Positions 13,448 through 26,756 of a DNA stretch of 64,000 nt are shown here, in pieces (position 1 is the stretch's first letter; each line of letters opens with the position of its first letter). The DNA is from Octopus vulgaris (lineage: Eukaryota): positions 97,464,001 through 97,528,000 of the forward strand of contig OX597821.1 of the NCBI GenBank assembly GCA_951406725.2. Reading direction: 5' to 3'. Below the pieces are notes generated by a model. The model was not told the DNA's origin. It saw only the letters and a list, made by a program, of their open reading frames with translations, and made no database searches. A program made the position numbers and the translations under genes.

Positions 13448-13526
13448 AATTCTAGACAATTGTTTCGCTGTTAATGGATTATGCAATTTTACTTACATAA
13501 TATATCTGCAGCTCTTCAGTAGAATT
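13448..13526 (-). ncRNA. Type I hammerhead ribozyme motif (intact core) in PLE pseudo-LTR-like fragment ~13300-13770
   Basis: Minus strand: AATTCTA-CTGAAGA-GCTG-[loop with TTATGTAA/TTGCATAA hairpin]-CAGC-GAAA-CAATTG-TC-TAGAATT. Stem I 7 bp, canonical CUGANGA/GAAA core, GUC triplet, palindromic stem III ACAATTGT. Confidence 0.88.
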
Positions 13527-13799
13527 TGTCTTGAATACAATTTACTGAACCGCATGCCAGATTTTAACATAACGTCAAACACACGTGTGGTTCAGTCAAA
13601 TTATATTCGCAGTTATGATTCGAATGCCCTCGCTATAGCGTGTATTATATTCGTGTATTAATTTTTACTGTATCCCTGGTTTTTATGCGCTAAACCATTT
13701 GGTGTTAAATTGATGTTATTATTAAATTAATATCCAATTTTTTCACCCTTATTTTTGATTTTAATTATATGCATATATATATATATATATATATATTTA

Positions 13800-14150
13800 T
13801 GGCTGCTCCCTCGTTATCAAGTATGGCCATTGCATGAAGCTTAACTATTACTGGTACTGTGATCGAATGGGACTTTTTAGCCCAGCTAAAGATCTACAAT
13901 GTCTTGTACAAAATTGGCAACTAAAACCTTTACTGGTAATAGCTGGCTGTAGTTGTAACTGGGCTTCATGTACCTTTGCATGTCGTTTAAGTGCTCCTGC
14001 CGAATTACACTCTCTTCCATATGCCCGACATATATGATTAGTATGGTGTGTTACACCACCACCAGTGGCCAGGTTGTCACTCATCTGTCTCGTTTTATGA
14101 CCATGAAGATGACTCATGAGTCCAGCTTTACTGAGGCAGGGTTTTGCACA
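13800..14150 (-). mobile_element. LINE 3' end encoding C-terminal C2H2 zinc fingers
   Basis: ORF 13848..14183: CAKPCLSKAGLMSHLHGH, C..ECNSAGALKRHAKVH, CQFCTRHCRSLAGLKS. 3' UTR GGCCATACTTGATAACGAGGGAGCAGCC is shared with the element ending at ~45780. Confidence 0.7.
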
Positions 14151-14181
14151 TATATATATATATATATATATATATCTATAC

Positions 14182-15500
14182 AATATGTTACATTACTCGG
14201 TAGTCAAGATAAAACTCTGAGTTTCAGATGCCAAGTGAAATCCACAACACCATCTCTTCGGTTATCTGGCTATTTGAAAACGTTATGAAAAAATACCGTT
14301 AAAAATGAAGGGAAATTACTCTGTTATAACTCTGCTTTCCTGCGTACTTATACATCGCTCGCATTTTTCGTCATAAAAATTATATAAAAATACATAAAAA
14401 TATATATATATATATATATGGGACATAACACAGAAAGCATGTTCTATCCGTTTTCTTTAGGGGACCAAAAACGTAACAGAAATTTAGTCACATGTGGGCA
14501 TGATCCGAAAAGCTCTGTCCTTGTATTTAGACATGTGGTAGGGTCTAAGCTGCTTTTCCAGATAAGCCATCTCTCCATGTCGCATAAACCGCACCTTCCG
14601 CTGCCGTTAGTATAGGGCTTACATCTGGCCAAAATCTTCCATTGTATGTTATAATCGACACCTTTATCTCTTAAAGACCAAATATGATTGGATAATTGTG
14701 TCGCTTTTCTTTTGTTCCAGTGCCTAAAGCTCAAAGTGTGGTTATTGAACCTGGCCTTGAAATTACCCTCTGTCAGGCCCACGTATTTAGTTCAACTACC
14801 AATTTTAAAAACATAATCAATCATAACATACAAAAAACACAAGAAGAAAACAGCTGTTCATGCAGGAATAAAGAATTGTGCCCGCTAAATGGAGCTTGCA
14901 TGTCCAAGACCATCATATATGAAGCTACCGTAAACTCTATAACCACTAAAGACACCATTTCGACGAAGAAATACGTGGGCCTGACAGAGGGTAATTTCAA
15001 GGCCAGGTTCAATAACCACACTTTGAGCTTTAGGCACTGGAACAAAAGAAAAGCGACACAATTATCCAATCATATTTGGTCTTTAAGAGATAAAGGTGTC
15101 GATTATAACATACAATGGAAGATTTTGGCCAGATGTAAGCCCTATACTAACGGCAGCGGAAGGTGCGGTTTATGCGACATGGAGAGATGGCTTATCTGGA
15201 AAAGCAGCTTAGACCCTACCACATGTCTAAATACAAGGACAGAGCTTTTCGGATCATGCCCACATGTGACTAAATTTCTGTTACGTTTTTGGTCCCCTAA
15301 AAGAAAACGGATAGAACATGCTTTCTGTGTTATGTCCCAAGAAGATTTTATATATTTTTATATGTTTTTTATATTTTTATGTATTTTTATATAATTTTTA
15401 TGACAAAATGCGGCTTCCATGCTGCAATTGTAATTTTTCATTTTTAACAGCACACAATCTCAGATCAAATCACTTGCTATGCAGAATACATCTCAGTAAT
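14182..15500. mobile_element. Penelope-like retroelement, 5'-truncated, with inverted duplication of the GIY-YIG/3' region
   Basis: + strand ORF: CSCRNKELCPLNGAC..IIYEATV..KKYVGLTEGNFKARFNNH..IQWKILARCKPY..CGLC..E..LNTRTEL (GIY-YIG). The same sequence is inverted at ~14360-14788. Confidence 0.92.
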
Positions 15501-15504
15501 ATAT

Positions 15505-15547
<43 letters not shown>

Positions 15548-16409
15548 CATATAATGAGCAAACGCCCCCATCCAATGGACGGTGCTGAATCATATCTGCT
15601 GAATAAAAAGCAGTCAGTGTTTTCTTTTCATTAAAAAATAATTAAGCATGCTTTTATTTCAATAAAATTTTTGGTTTTGTTAAATAAAGTTAAGGCAAAA
15701 AAAAAAAAACTTCTTGAGAAACCAAATAGTCTTTCCTTCCTTCATGCAAGTTTGAAGAAAATATCTATTTTGCATCTTACTTTTTTGCTCTCTTAAATAT
15801 ACTACATTTTGTGGCATTATTTCAAGCCAGCTGGCTTTTTTTGCGCAAACTGCACATGCATTTTTCTTGTATCGATTGCAACAGCTGATGTACTTGCACA
15901 TACAAATGCATGTTCCCACGGCTTTATCGATCACATTCTCACCTGGAATCGATTTTTGTAATTTTTTCAAGACTTATACATGCCCTGATACCGTCAGTAT
16001 CTACATATCAAATTTGAGCGCAATCGGATGGAGGATGCCCGAGATCCTAAAAGACACACACACACACACAGAATGGATTTTATATAATAGATATATATAT
16101 ACACTTATATGTACATAGTGTCTATTTCTACCGACAGCTAGGTGAATTTAGATAATGTGAAATAAGATGTTCATCCCCAGTTACACAATTAAATACTGCT
16201 TTGGATTTGAATTTGTGACCTGTTGATTAAGCAGTCAAGTAGTTGATCCAAAAAGCTGTCTCACTCCTCTGAAATTTTATACTCGCACTAGAAATGAACC
16301 ATAGTTACCAAAGTTAATATAGCATTGTTAATTAGATACATTGACATTTGTACCAAAAACCAAACACACTTAATTTTTATCTCTTAAATCATGTATGTTT
16401 GTTTTACAG

Positions 16410-16468
16410 GAGTCTACCCCCAAAATCTGGTCGGTTAAGGACTGGCAGTTTCAGACCAATAGGATCTT
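16410..16468 (+). CDS. IFT74: IFT74 exon (SLPPKSGRLRTGSFRPIGS), basic N-terminal tubulin-binding tail
   Basis: ttttacag| acceptor, |gtaagt donor, 59 nt, phase 2 in / 1 out. Joins in frame to the next exon; R/G/S/P-rich as expected. Confidence 0.75.
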
Positions 16469-19400
16469 GTAAGTAAAATAATCATTCTACTTATATTGCA
16501 AAATGTTCGTCCATCATATTTATATTTCGACATATTCATATTTCAACATGCGGTGCCCCAGCATGGCCACAGCTCGTGAGCTGAAACTAGATAAAATAAA
16601 ATAAAAATATATCAAGAAGGACAATGGAATGATTGAACTTTACCTTTTTTGATCAATGAAGTAAGTACCTGTTAGGTAACTGAGATCAATTTAATTGACA
16701 AAGCATGTAGGGGACCTCGAGCTTTTGTTTAATAGTATGGCAGGAATAGCAGAGCTCCAAACGAAAATACCTTGCGATGTTTACTCATGAACTTTTTGTT
16801 CTGGGTTCAAATCTCATATATGCTTTCAAGGTCACTTTTGTTTTATTATATTATTTTTATGATAGCATGTTAGATGTAATGGTACAAAGTGTCATGGACA
16901 AGATTATGTTAGTTAGTTAGTTAGTTAATTTTTGGATCAAAAAGCAAAAAGGAAGGCCATGTAGGGGGACAAGGAGTTATGTACAGGGCGGTGTTCATGT
17001 AAAGAGTTCAGGCCACTTGTGGTCAAGGGAGACTTTGAACCGAGAGGTTGTCAGCATCTTCACCATCTCATCCGGCAGCTTATTCCACGGATCCGCAACC
17101 CGGACGGAGAAAGCCCCTCTCCTTCGATTGAGATGAAATTGTCGCAGATAGAGCTTTTCGGAGTGACCCCGCAGCCGACGCTCTGGAGCAGGAGTGAAGA
17201 ACAGCTCTTTCGAGAGGTTACACTTTCCGCTTATGATGTTGTGAGCAAGAATGAGATCACCACGGCGGCGGCGTTTTTCTAGAGAATAAAGGTCGAGTGT
17301 CTTCAGCCTTTCTTCATAAGACAAATGCTTGAGACCAAGAACCATGTGGGTAGCCAGCTTCTGGACTCTTTCGAGATGCTGTATGTCTTTGAGGAGACAC
17401 TGCGAAAATCTTTGATATTTAGTTTCCAATTTCAAAATATTGAATCAAATAAGTATTAATGTGTCTTTTCAAATTGTCAGTGTGGCCATGCAGCCAGGTA
17501 AATGCTGTAACTGTTTCAGGTAAATACCTTAGTTGTCATGGAATGTGAATATATTATGCATTTTAAATATTTTCAACAGTCTTTATTGTTGATATTTGAC
17601 ATTGTAATCAACAATTTGAGAAGGAAAATAGAAGCAGAATCACCAATTGAATCATGATAGATGTGTAAGTCAAGATACATCAGTGGCTATGGTATTCTTG
17701 TTTTTCGCAGATTGGTGTTTACATTGAACAGCCATTTATCTTCATAGCTTGATATTCATATGAGGGCTATATGAGCAGAGATCTCAGATATGCCCTTCAG
17801 GCTCCTAGGTGTCTTATCAAAAATGTTTTGGCTGGATCCCCAAGTGAGATCAACCAAAGCTATGGATATTATCCAGCTATTTTGCTCGTGGTTTATTCAT
17901 GCTTGTTGGTCATGCCTGTTAAATCTATCCTGTGGTTCTTCCCTCGAACATTCTGACGAGATACCTATTTCTTTACTACCCACAAGGGGCTAAACACAGA
18001 GAGGACAAACAAGGGCAGACAAACGGATTAAGTCGATTATATCGACCCCAGTGCGTAACTGGTACTTATTTAATTGGCCCCAAAAGGATGAAAGGCAAAG
18101 TTGACCTCGGCGGAATTTGAACTCAGAATGTAATGGCAGACGAAATACTGCTAAGCATTTCGCCTGGCGTGCTAACGATTCTGCCAGCTCGCCTGACGAG
18201 ATACCTGTTGTACCAGAGCTGAGGCCTCTCAGAGTGGAGGAGCAATCTCTGAACTACACACACACTATTGAGTAATGATACTCCTACAACCCTTTCAGAG
18301 AAACTGTTTTGGTCACTTGTCCAACTCACAAACCAAGATTCATAAATGTAGGTAAAGGTAGGCTTGAAAATCAAACTGAAGATTACATTGAATATTTTAG
18401 CTGTTGATTTTCACATTTATATTTCTATCTTTTATAGATCTCAGTGAGGAGGTTACGACGCTCTCTTTTAACTCTTTTTACATGTTTCAGTCATTTGACT
18501 GTGGCCATGCTGGAGCACCACCTTTAGTCGAGCAACTCGACACCAGGACTTATTCTTTGTAAGCCCAGTACTTATTCTATTGGTCTCTTTTGCCGAACCG
18601 CTAAGTGACGGGGACGTAAGCACACCAGCATCGGTTGTCAAGTAATGCTAGGGGTACAAACACATACACATACATACATATACATATATACGACAGGCTT
18701 CTTTCAGTTTCCGTCTACCAAATCCACTCACAAGGCATTGGTCGGCCCGGGGCTATAGCTGAAGACAGTTGCCCAAGATGCCACGCAGTGGGACTGAACC
18801 CGGAATCATGTGGTTGGTTAGCAAGCTACTTACCACACAGCCACTCCTGCACACTGTTTCTTTTTGCAATAGAGCCATGGTGTGCATCTCTACAACAGAT
18901 ACGTCATAGTATCTTAGGTGTTTAGACATTGAAACAAGGCCATACATGCCTTAAAGAAAAAAAAAAAGACTAGTCACTGGAAATCGTAGGTTAGTTATTT
19001 CAGGAGAGACACGCACATATACTGATGTCTATTCGAGTGTGCGCAAGAGTAAGGAATGACTGACACGGCGTGTTCATAGAAATACGTTCACGTCGTTTTA
19101 TAGTAGAAGTTATCTCCCTTACATATAAATCTTGTAAAAGCCGGAGATGGGCTTCAACTTTTTATAAACAACTAGCAGTATTGCCCGGCGTTGCTCGGTT
19201 TTATAAGGGAAATAACTATATAAGCATTTTTAGAGAGTTACTTCCCTTATAGATGCCAATTCGGGCTTTCTTAGCCATTTCTGTTTTGGTGTCTTCAAGC
19301 CATGAAATCGTTGTTCTAAAAGAACGCTGGCCTCCTTAACAACGCTTTACGACGTTGATTTCCTTGCACTCCCTTCCCCACAGCTTCACGAGGGAGGGAA

Positions 19401-20452
19401 GAAGGGGGAGAAGCAAACACAGGTGCAGGTGTGACCGTGGACGCCAACTCCGCCGCCATCGACACACGAAAAATTATGCATTAAAATGGAATAAAAAATG
19501 ATGTTAAATTATTTCTAAAATCGTAGACTCATCGTAGACGCGCGCTAATAGCCAGACGGGCTCGATATGAATTACGACTATAAGATACCCGAATTTGGTT
19601 AAACTGCACCGCAAAATGTGGGAGTAGTTAGGAATCTAAATCGAAGGGGACAGACACTCACACAACTACAGTTTTATATATATAGATTGCAGCGTGGAAG
19701 GTGTTTATAAGCCATTTAAGAAACACACAAAAGCCGTTCTATTCACTTCAACATTTAAGTTTAATTTGTCAAAATATTTTTGTCAGTGAACAGGTCGCGG
19801 TCTCAAGGTGAGGAAAATATTTTGACAAATTAAACTTAAATGTTGAAGTGAACCGAACGGCTTTTGTGTGTTTCTTTAAATGGCTTACAAACACCTTCCA
19901 CGCTGCAATTGTTTTCGTTCCAGCACACGATCTCAGATCAAATCACTTGCTATGCAAGTACGTCTCCGTAATATAAACACTTCTGTAAATATTTCAGCTC
20001 GTATTTAGCCCTAAACCAGCCCTGGTTAAGTAGACATGATCAAAGACATTCTAGTCGTGACCATCTTGTCGTATTTTCAAGTGTACCGTACCCAAGACTG
20101 CATTATCTAGTGTGTCTGCTTTTTAAAGACAATATGGTGTAATTTGAGGGAGATGTGGTTGCTATTTCTAGCAGCTTAAACGACTGCATATCAGAGTTAG
20201 TAATTGTATACATCGCTTACCTCCCTTGCATTGCTTTGTCGCAATTAACCTGAACAGATCTTCTTTTACTTGTTTCAGTCATTAGGTTGCGGCCATGCTG
20301 GGGCACCGCCTCCAAGAATTTTAGCCGAATGAATCGATCCCAAGACTTACTTTTTGAAACCCGGTACTTATTCTATCGGGTTTCTTTTTGCCAAATAGCA
20401 AAGTGGTGATTGGGGTGAGGCGGGGAGCACAAACAGACGCAAAGACAAACAC

Positions 20453-20523
<71 letters not shown>

Positions 20524-23500
20524 CAAAATAAGCAACAAGAATAACTCCGGTAATTTGGTATGATTGTTTCGCACTATATCATTTTATTAAATATTGTAAG
20601 TATTACAACAGTTTTAAAATGCTGAGACCCGAAACACCTGTTGGCCCATGACCACCTAAAAAGGCTTTGGTGGGCTTGAGGCTACAGTAGAAGACACTTG
20701 CCCAAGATGCCATACAGTGGGACTGAATCCAGAACCATTTGGTTGGGAAGCAAGCTTCTTATTACACAGCCATGCCTGGAGTTATAATGGTAGTTAACTG
20801 CATCGGGTTTTGGATTACTTGTAGGGTACCCAAATCTGCCTCAAGAAGTTTGGTGTGTTTCAGGAGCAGATCACTACATCTTACATTGTTTCAATTCACT
20901 AGATTATTTGTTAAAAACAGAAACCATCAAATCACTTGAAAGATATTATCCGTGATAGATTCATATTTCATTCAAAAGAAGGCTTGTCAATGCTCCACCC
21001 CATTTTGTATCAAGTAGGACACTATATTCTACATTGCCCCTTGGCTGACTATAAGAATAGGCAGCTCCAGAGCATCTGGGAGAATGTTAGCTGTGGCAGA
21101 CTAGTATCATGACCAAGTGGTATTATATTTTACATCCATTGAGTCAAGGACACCAACATCAAAGATCAATGGAAACTGCAGTTGTGAAACCTGTGTCGGT
21201 GGCACATAAAAAGGACCATCCGAACGTGGCTGATGGCAGTTCGGCTTCCGCGCCGGTGGCACGTAAAAAGCACCAATCTGATCTTGGCCGTTGCCAGCCT
21301 CACCTGGCACGTAAAAAGCACCCACTACACTCTCGGAGTGGTTGGCGTTAGGAAAGGCATCCAGCTGTAGAAACACTGCCAGATCAGACTGGAGCCTGGT
21401 GCAGCCTTCTAGCTTCCCAGATCCCCGGTCAAACCGTCCAACCCATGCTAACATGGAGAATGGACGTTAAACGATGATGATGATGATCCATATGACCTAT
21501 AAAGCCAAACATAAACACCAGCCCTTAAAATCCTTTTGTGTCTAGAGAAGTCCCATTGTTTAATTTGCAATTCACTTTAATGGTCTCAGAGATGGTTTTT
21601 CTCCAGAGGTCCAGCATTTTGGTGTGTGTGCGTGTGTGTGTTTCTTTGTATGTGGCATTTCTGTTTAGTAGATTAATAACTTAAGAGAATTTGATCTGCT
21701 TTTCATTGTAGCCTTTTGCAGACGGCTTATCGTCTGCTAGAAAGAAATGCATCAAATATATTTCAGGTATATCAGAGGAAACTGTGATCATGTTTCATAC
21801 TTCTTTTGGAGGACAGCTGTGTAATTACAGACCTTTAAATGATAAAACAGCTACTGTTATAGCTTCTTGATACAAGAGTTTGAGAAAGGAAGTGTTGAGA
21901 TCTAATTGTATCTCCCATTCCACTTATATTTTCCCTCTTGTATACTGATGTTTGGAACAAGACTTCAACAATCTTCTACATACAAATTATGGCATATCAT
22001 TCCCACCAGCATTATAAAGAGTAAAGACATAATGTGCAGAGGTGTTCCCTGTGGTTAAGGTCTCCATATTTGTTTATTTTCTTTAGTGAATGCTTTTTGT
22101 AATCTGTCCAGTTGAGAGATAAGGCTTGGGCCTCTAGCAGCAGTTGTCAGCTCAGACAACATTGCCATCAGGTCTCTCATACTAAATGTTTACTAGTACC
22201 CTACCACTGAGCTGTCAACAGGATGTTGAGAATCTGTGAATATATTTAGAAAAACATTCTTCTACTAAATCCAGACCATGAGTGTTGTTGTTATACATAT
22301 ATTTATATATATAATGTATAGTGTATTGAGTATGAAAGGAAATAGTGAGTACTTAGTATGAAAGATTAAGAAAGTGAGAGAGACTGGATAAACGTATTAA
22401 CAATACGAGATATTTTATTAGACTGCTGCTTATACAAGGTATCTCCTGGGGCAGGAGATTTACTGATTGTCTCTGTATCAAGGGAGATAATGGGCGACGT
22501 TAATTGTTCATATTTGTTGTGATGATTACATTAACAATGAGAACAAGCTTAGAGCTTTGAATTGTTTCTGGGTTTGGAGCATGGTAGAATATTTTGTTGA
22601 GGATCTTCTTAATGGGGAGCATGGAGTTTTGTGATATTGAACAACATATTATTGCCATCTTCCCAATTGTATATGACATTCAAGACTCATATCATCATTT
22701 GTGTTTTCAGGTTTGACTTCACTTTAGTGACATCTATATTGTGGCTGGGTTAAGGCGGCGAGCTGGCAGAAACGGTAGCACGCTGGGCGAAATGCGTATC
22801 CGTATTTCGTCTGCCGTTACGTTCTGAGTTCAAATCCCGCCGAGGTTGACTTTGCCTTTCATCCTTTCGGGGTCGATAAATTAAGTACCAGTTACGCACT
22901 GGGGTCGATGGAATCGACTTAATCGCTTTGTCTGTCCTTGTTTGTCCCCTCTGTGTTTAGCCCCTTGTGGGCAGTAAAGAAATATATATTGTGGCTGGGT
23001 TTGGCTGGTTGTATATTTTTGTCTATATCTGACAACATTATGAAAAGCAAAAGAGCTAGAATGTTGGTGTTCTGTTGTACTCCACTTATTACCACAGACT
23101 TGTCATTGGACCCTGTTATTATTTTCATTTTTCTAAAACCAATATCCAAATCCCGACTGAAGAGATTAACCCTGTCTTTTCACCAGCTTAACACAAAATT
23201 GGTAGAATGATCAATCAACTCAGTTTTTGTATGAGGGTTAGATGGTACGTGTTTAATACTCTTTGATTACTGTTATGTTCATTAAATAAGTTTTCTTGCA
23301 AAAATACCTGATGTCATGTTTATTCCTTTCTCAAGCCGCCGGAAGACAGCCAGGTACTGCTACGCGACTGACTACAGCAATGGTAAGTATTGTTCCAGTT
23401 CACTGTCTGCTATGTCTAATTTGGTCTTCTGCTATTTCCACATCCTTTAGAAACTTATGAGGTTTCTGAGTAAATAAAAAGTTGAGATTTTATTCTAAGT

Positions 23501-26144
23501 GGTATGCATGATTGTGTACTAATTTGAAACAGGAGAGAGCTGACCCTCCATCCTGCTCCTGTCCATCTCTCTCCTGATCTGTCTACAAGCTTTCCTTATT
23601 TCTAATCTATCTACAGGTTTATTGTATTATATTACTGCTCTCACCCACTTCCCTGTACTACAATTTATCACCTCCTTCCCCTTCCTGAGTTATTTCTTTC
23701 ACCTTCATCTCTATACTGATATTTATTGTTGTCCACACTGCCACTCTCTCTTTACTCTTTTACTTGTTTCAGTCATTTGACTGCGGCCATGCTGGAGCAC
23801 TGCCTTTAATCGAGCAACTCGACCCCGGGACTTATTCTTTGTAAGCCCAGTACTTATTCTATTGGTCTCTTTTGCCAAACTGCTAAGTTACAGGGACGTA
23901 AACACACCAGCATTGGTTGTCAAACAATGCTAGGGGGACAAACACATACACACTCACCTTATCCAATCCACTGTACCACGCCACTTACATTCACCTTTTT
24001 GTACCTTGAGGGTACACCCTGGCACATCACCACCATCTCATCTCCCCCACCTCCACCCTCTCTCTCTCTGACTGGGGTAGCCATGTATCTCCTCTACAGC
24101 AAGACACCTGTCTCTGTTCCTCTGTCATAGCTTAACCTCTCATTGCCTGGCACAAAGCCACCACCCTCAATGTCACTCCCCTCTCAGTTGATGAGACTTT
24201 GTCATGCAAGTTACCCAGTATAACTCGTGCCGGTGGCACGTAAAAAGTACCATCCGATTGTGACTGTTGCCAGCCTCGCCTGGCCCCCGTGCCAGTGGCA
24301 CGTAAAAAGCACCATCCGATCGTGGCCGTTTGCCAGCCTCGTCTGGCACCTGTGCAGGTGGCACATAAAAAGCACCCACTACACTCACGGAGTGGTTGGC
24401 ATTAGGAAGGGCATCCAGCCGTAGAAACATTGCCAGATCAGACTGGGCCTGATGCAGCCTTCTGGCTTCCCAGACCCCAGTCGAACCGTCCAACCCATGC
24501 TAGCATGGAAAGCAGACGCTAAACGAAGATGATGATGAAAGCACCCAGTATGCTCTCTAAAATGATTCATGTTATGAAGGGCATCCCCACCATTTATTGA
24601 CCCCAAAAGGATGAAAGGCAAAATCAACTTCGGCAGCATTTGAACTCAGAACCTAAAGATGGGACGAAATGCTGCTATGCATTTTGCCCAACATGCTAAT
24701 GATTCTACCTGCTTGCCACCTTTACGAATGTATCTCTGTTAACACTAGTAGTCTGTTGCTGGTCCCTGTGAACAACTGGTTGATATTGGCTACTCATATC
24801 AGGCTGGTAATGTTAAAACTGGGCCTTGTTACTTATGGGCAAGGATTAGATCTAATGATGATGATAGCAGCAGTGGTAGTATAGCAGAAAAGGGCATTGG
24901 TGGGTGAGAAAGGTGGCGAGCTGGCAGAAACGTTAGCACGCCGGGTGAAATGCTTAACGGTATTTCGTCTGCCGTTATGTTCTGAGTTCAAATTCCACCG
25001 AGGTCGACTTTGCCTTTCATCCTTTTGGGGTCGATAAATTAAGTACCAGTTATGCACTGGGGTCGATATAATCGACTTAATTTGTTTTTCTGTCTTTGTT
25101 TGACCACTCTGTGTTTAGCCCCTTGTGGGTAATAAAGAGACAGGTGGGTGAGATGGCGGTGGTGATGGCAGCAGCGCACTGCTGCAATGGCAATGGTGGT
25201 GATGTTAGTGGAGGTAGTAGTTGTTAAGGTGATTGTGGTGGTGGTAATGGTGGTGGTGGTGGTAGTGGTGGTAACAGCTGTATATTGTGGATATGGTAGA
25301 GTAGATAATGGTGGTGGTATATGACTGTGATAATGGTGAGAAGGGAAGTGGTGGTGGTGGTAGTAGTAGTTGTCATAGAGGCTGGATGCTCTGATGGTAA
25401 TAATAATGATGATGTTAGTGAAGGTAGTGGTGTTAGTGTGGGGGGTGATGACAGAGTGGCATTGACTGTACATTATAGATGTGGTAATGTAGGTAATGGT
25501 GAGGGTGAGTAAGAGTGATAAGAGTGAGAGTGGTGATGGTGGTGGTGGTGGTGGTGGTGGTGGTGGTGGTGGTGGTGGTGGTGGTGGTGGTGGTGGTGGT
25601 GGAGCTGCTATGGTTATCACTCCGGCATGTACGATTGCAGTGATGGTGATGGTTTCAGAGGTTGTGTTTGTATTAGTGATGAGAATAATGACAATGATCG
25701 TGGTGATGGTGATGGTGGTGGTAATGATTTTGATGATGATGAAGATGATGATGATGATGATGACAACAGTGATAGTGACAGTAATGTCAGCTGGCAATGA
25801 TGATCATGTGGAAGTGATTATGTTGATGAGCATGAGGCTAATGGTGATGATGATGATGATGGTAATGGTGACGATGGTGATGATGATGATGGTGATGATG
25901 ACAACGATTCATCAACAAGATAGAGCATGTTATGTTGTTCAACACATTGCTGCCTCATGTACTGACCAGCCATGACAAGGCCTGAGAGACACTCCAAGAA
26001 TGACCACCACCAACACCGGCACCACTTGGATGGCCCACAATTCCATCTATGGCGCCGAACAACCAGTCAACCATCCTTCAGTTACAGCTGTGTTCGACAT
26101 CTTTGGGTTGCTAAATTTACATTGTTTGATAAAAGAATATGCAT

Positions 26145-26202
<58 letters not shown>

Positions 26203-26701
26203 GCACACACACACACACACTTACATACACACACACATCTATGTAAATATAGATATATTTAAAGATATATATATATTGATAGAGGGATATAATGTGTATG
26301 TCTATATATGTTGGTACATCTGTGCATAAATATATATACATGTTTTCTATCTATCTACACACATACGCATATAGTGTGTGTATGTACCTGTGTATAAATA
26401 TAATGGCATGACTTAGTGTGTGTGCATGCATATATGAGGAAAATACATGTTTGAGTGTGTGTGTTTGAGTCTATATATATGTATGTATACTCTTTTACTC
26501 TTTTACTTATTTCAGTCATTTGACTGCGGCCATGCTGGAGCACCGCCTTTAGTCGAGCAACTCGACCCCGGGACTTATTCTTTTTGTAAGCCCAGTACTT
26601 ATTCTATCGGTCTCTTTTTGCCGAACCGCTAAGTGACAGGGACGTAAACACACCAGCATCGGTTGTCAAGCAAGGCTAGGGGAACAAACACAGACACACA
26701 A

Positions 26702-26756
<55 letters not shown>

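Noticed and set aside
13848-14183. Host C2H2 zinc-finger gene
   Set aside because: Fingers are degenerate, bounded by (TA)n tracts, and the 3' end is shared with another repeat; better explained as a LINE C-terminus.
18960-19160. CpG-containing unique stretch as an alternative promoter
   Set aside because: Lies downstream of the first coding exon, has no X-box or credible exon; not supportable from sequence alone.
25039-25975. 252 aa poly-Pro/Thr and 159 aa poly-Gly/Met ORFs
   Set aside because: Products of a (GGT)/(GAT) repeat tract within an IFT74 intron; no splice or homology support.
25920-26140. Nested small gene (ORFs 25972..26262, 26000..26329)
   Set aside because: Short, runs into (CA)n; VVQHIAASC resembles a retroelement zinc-knuckle remnant, but the evidence is too weak to call.
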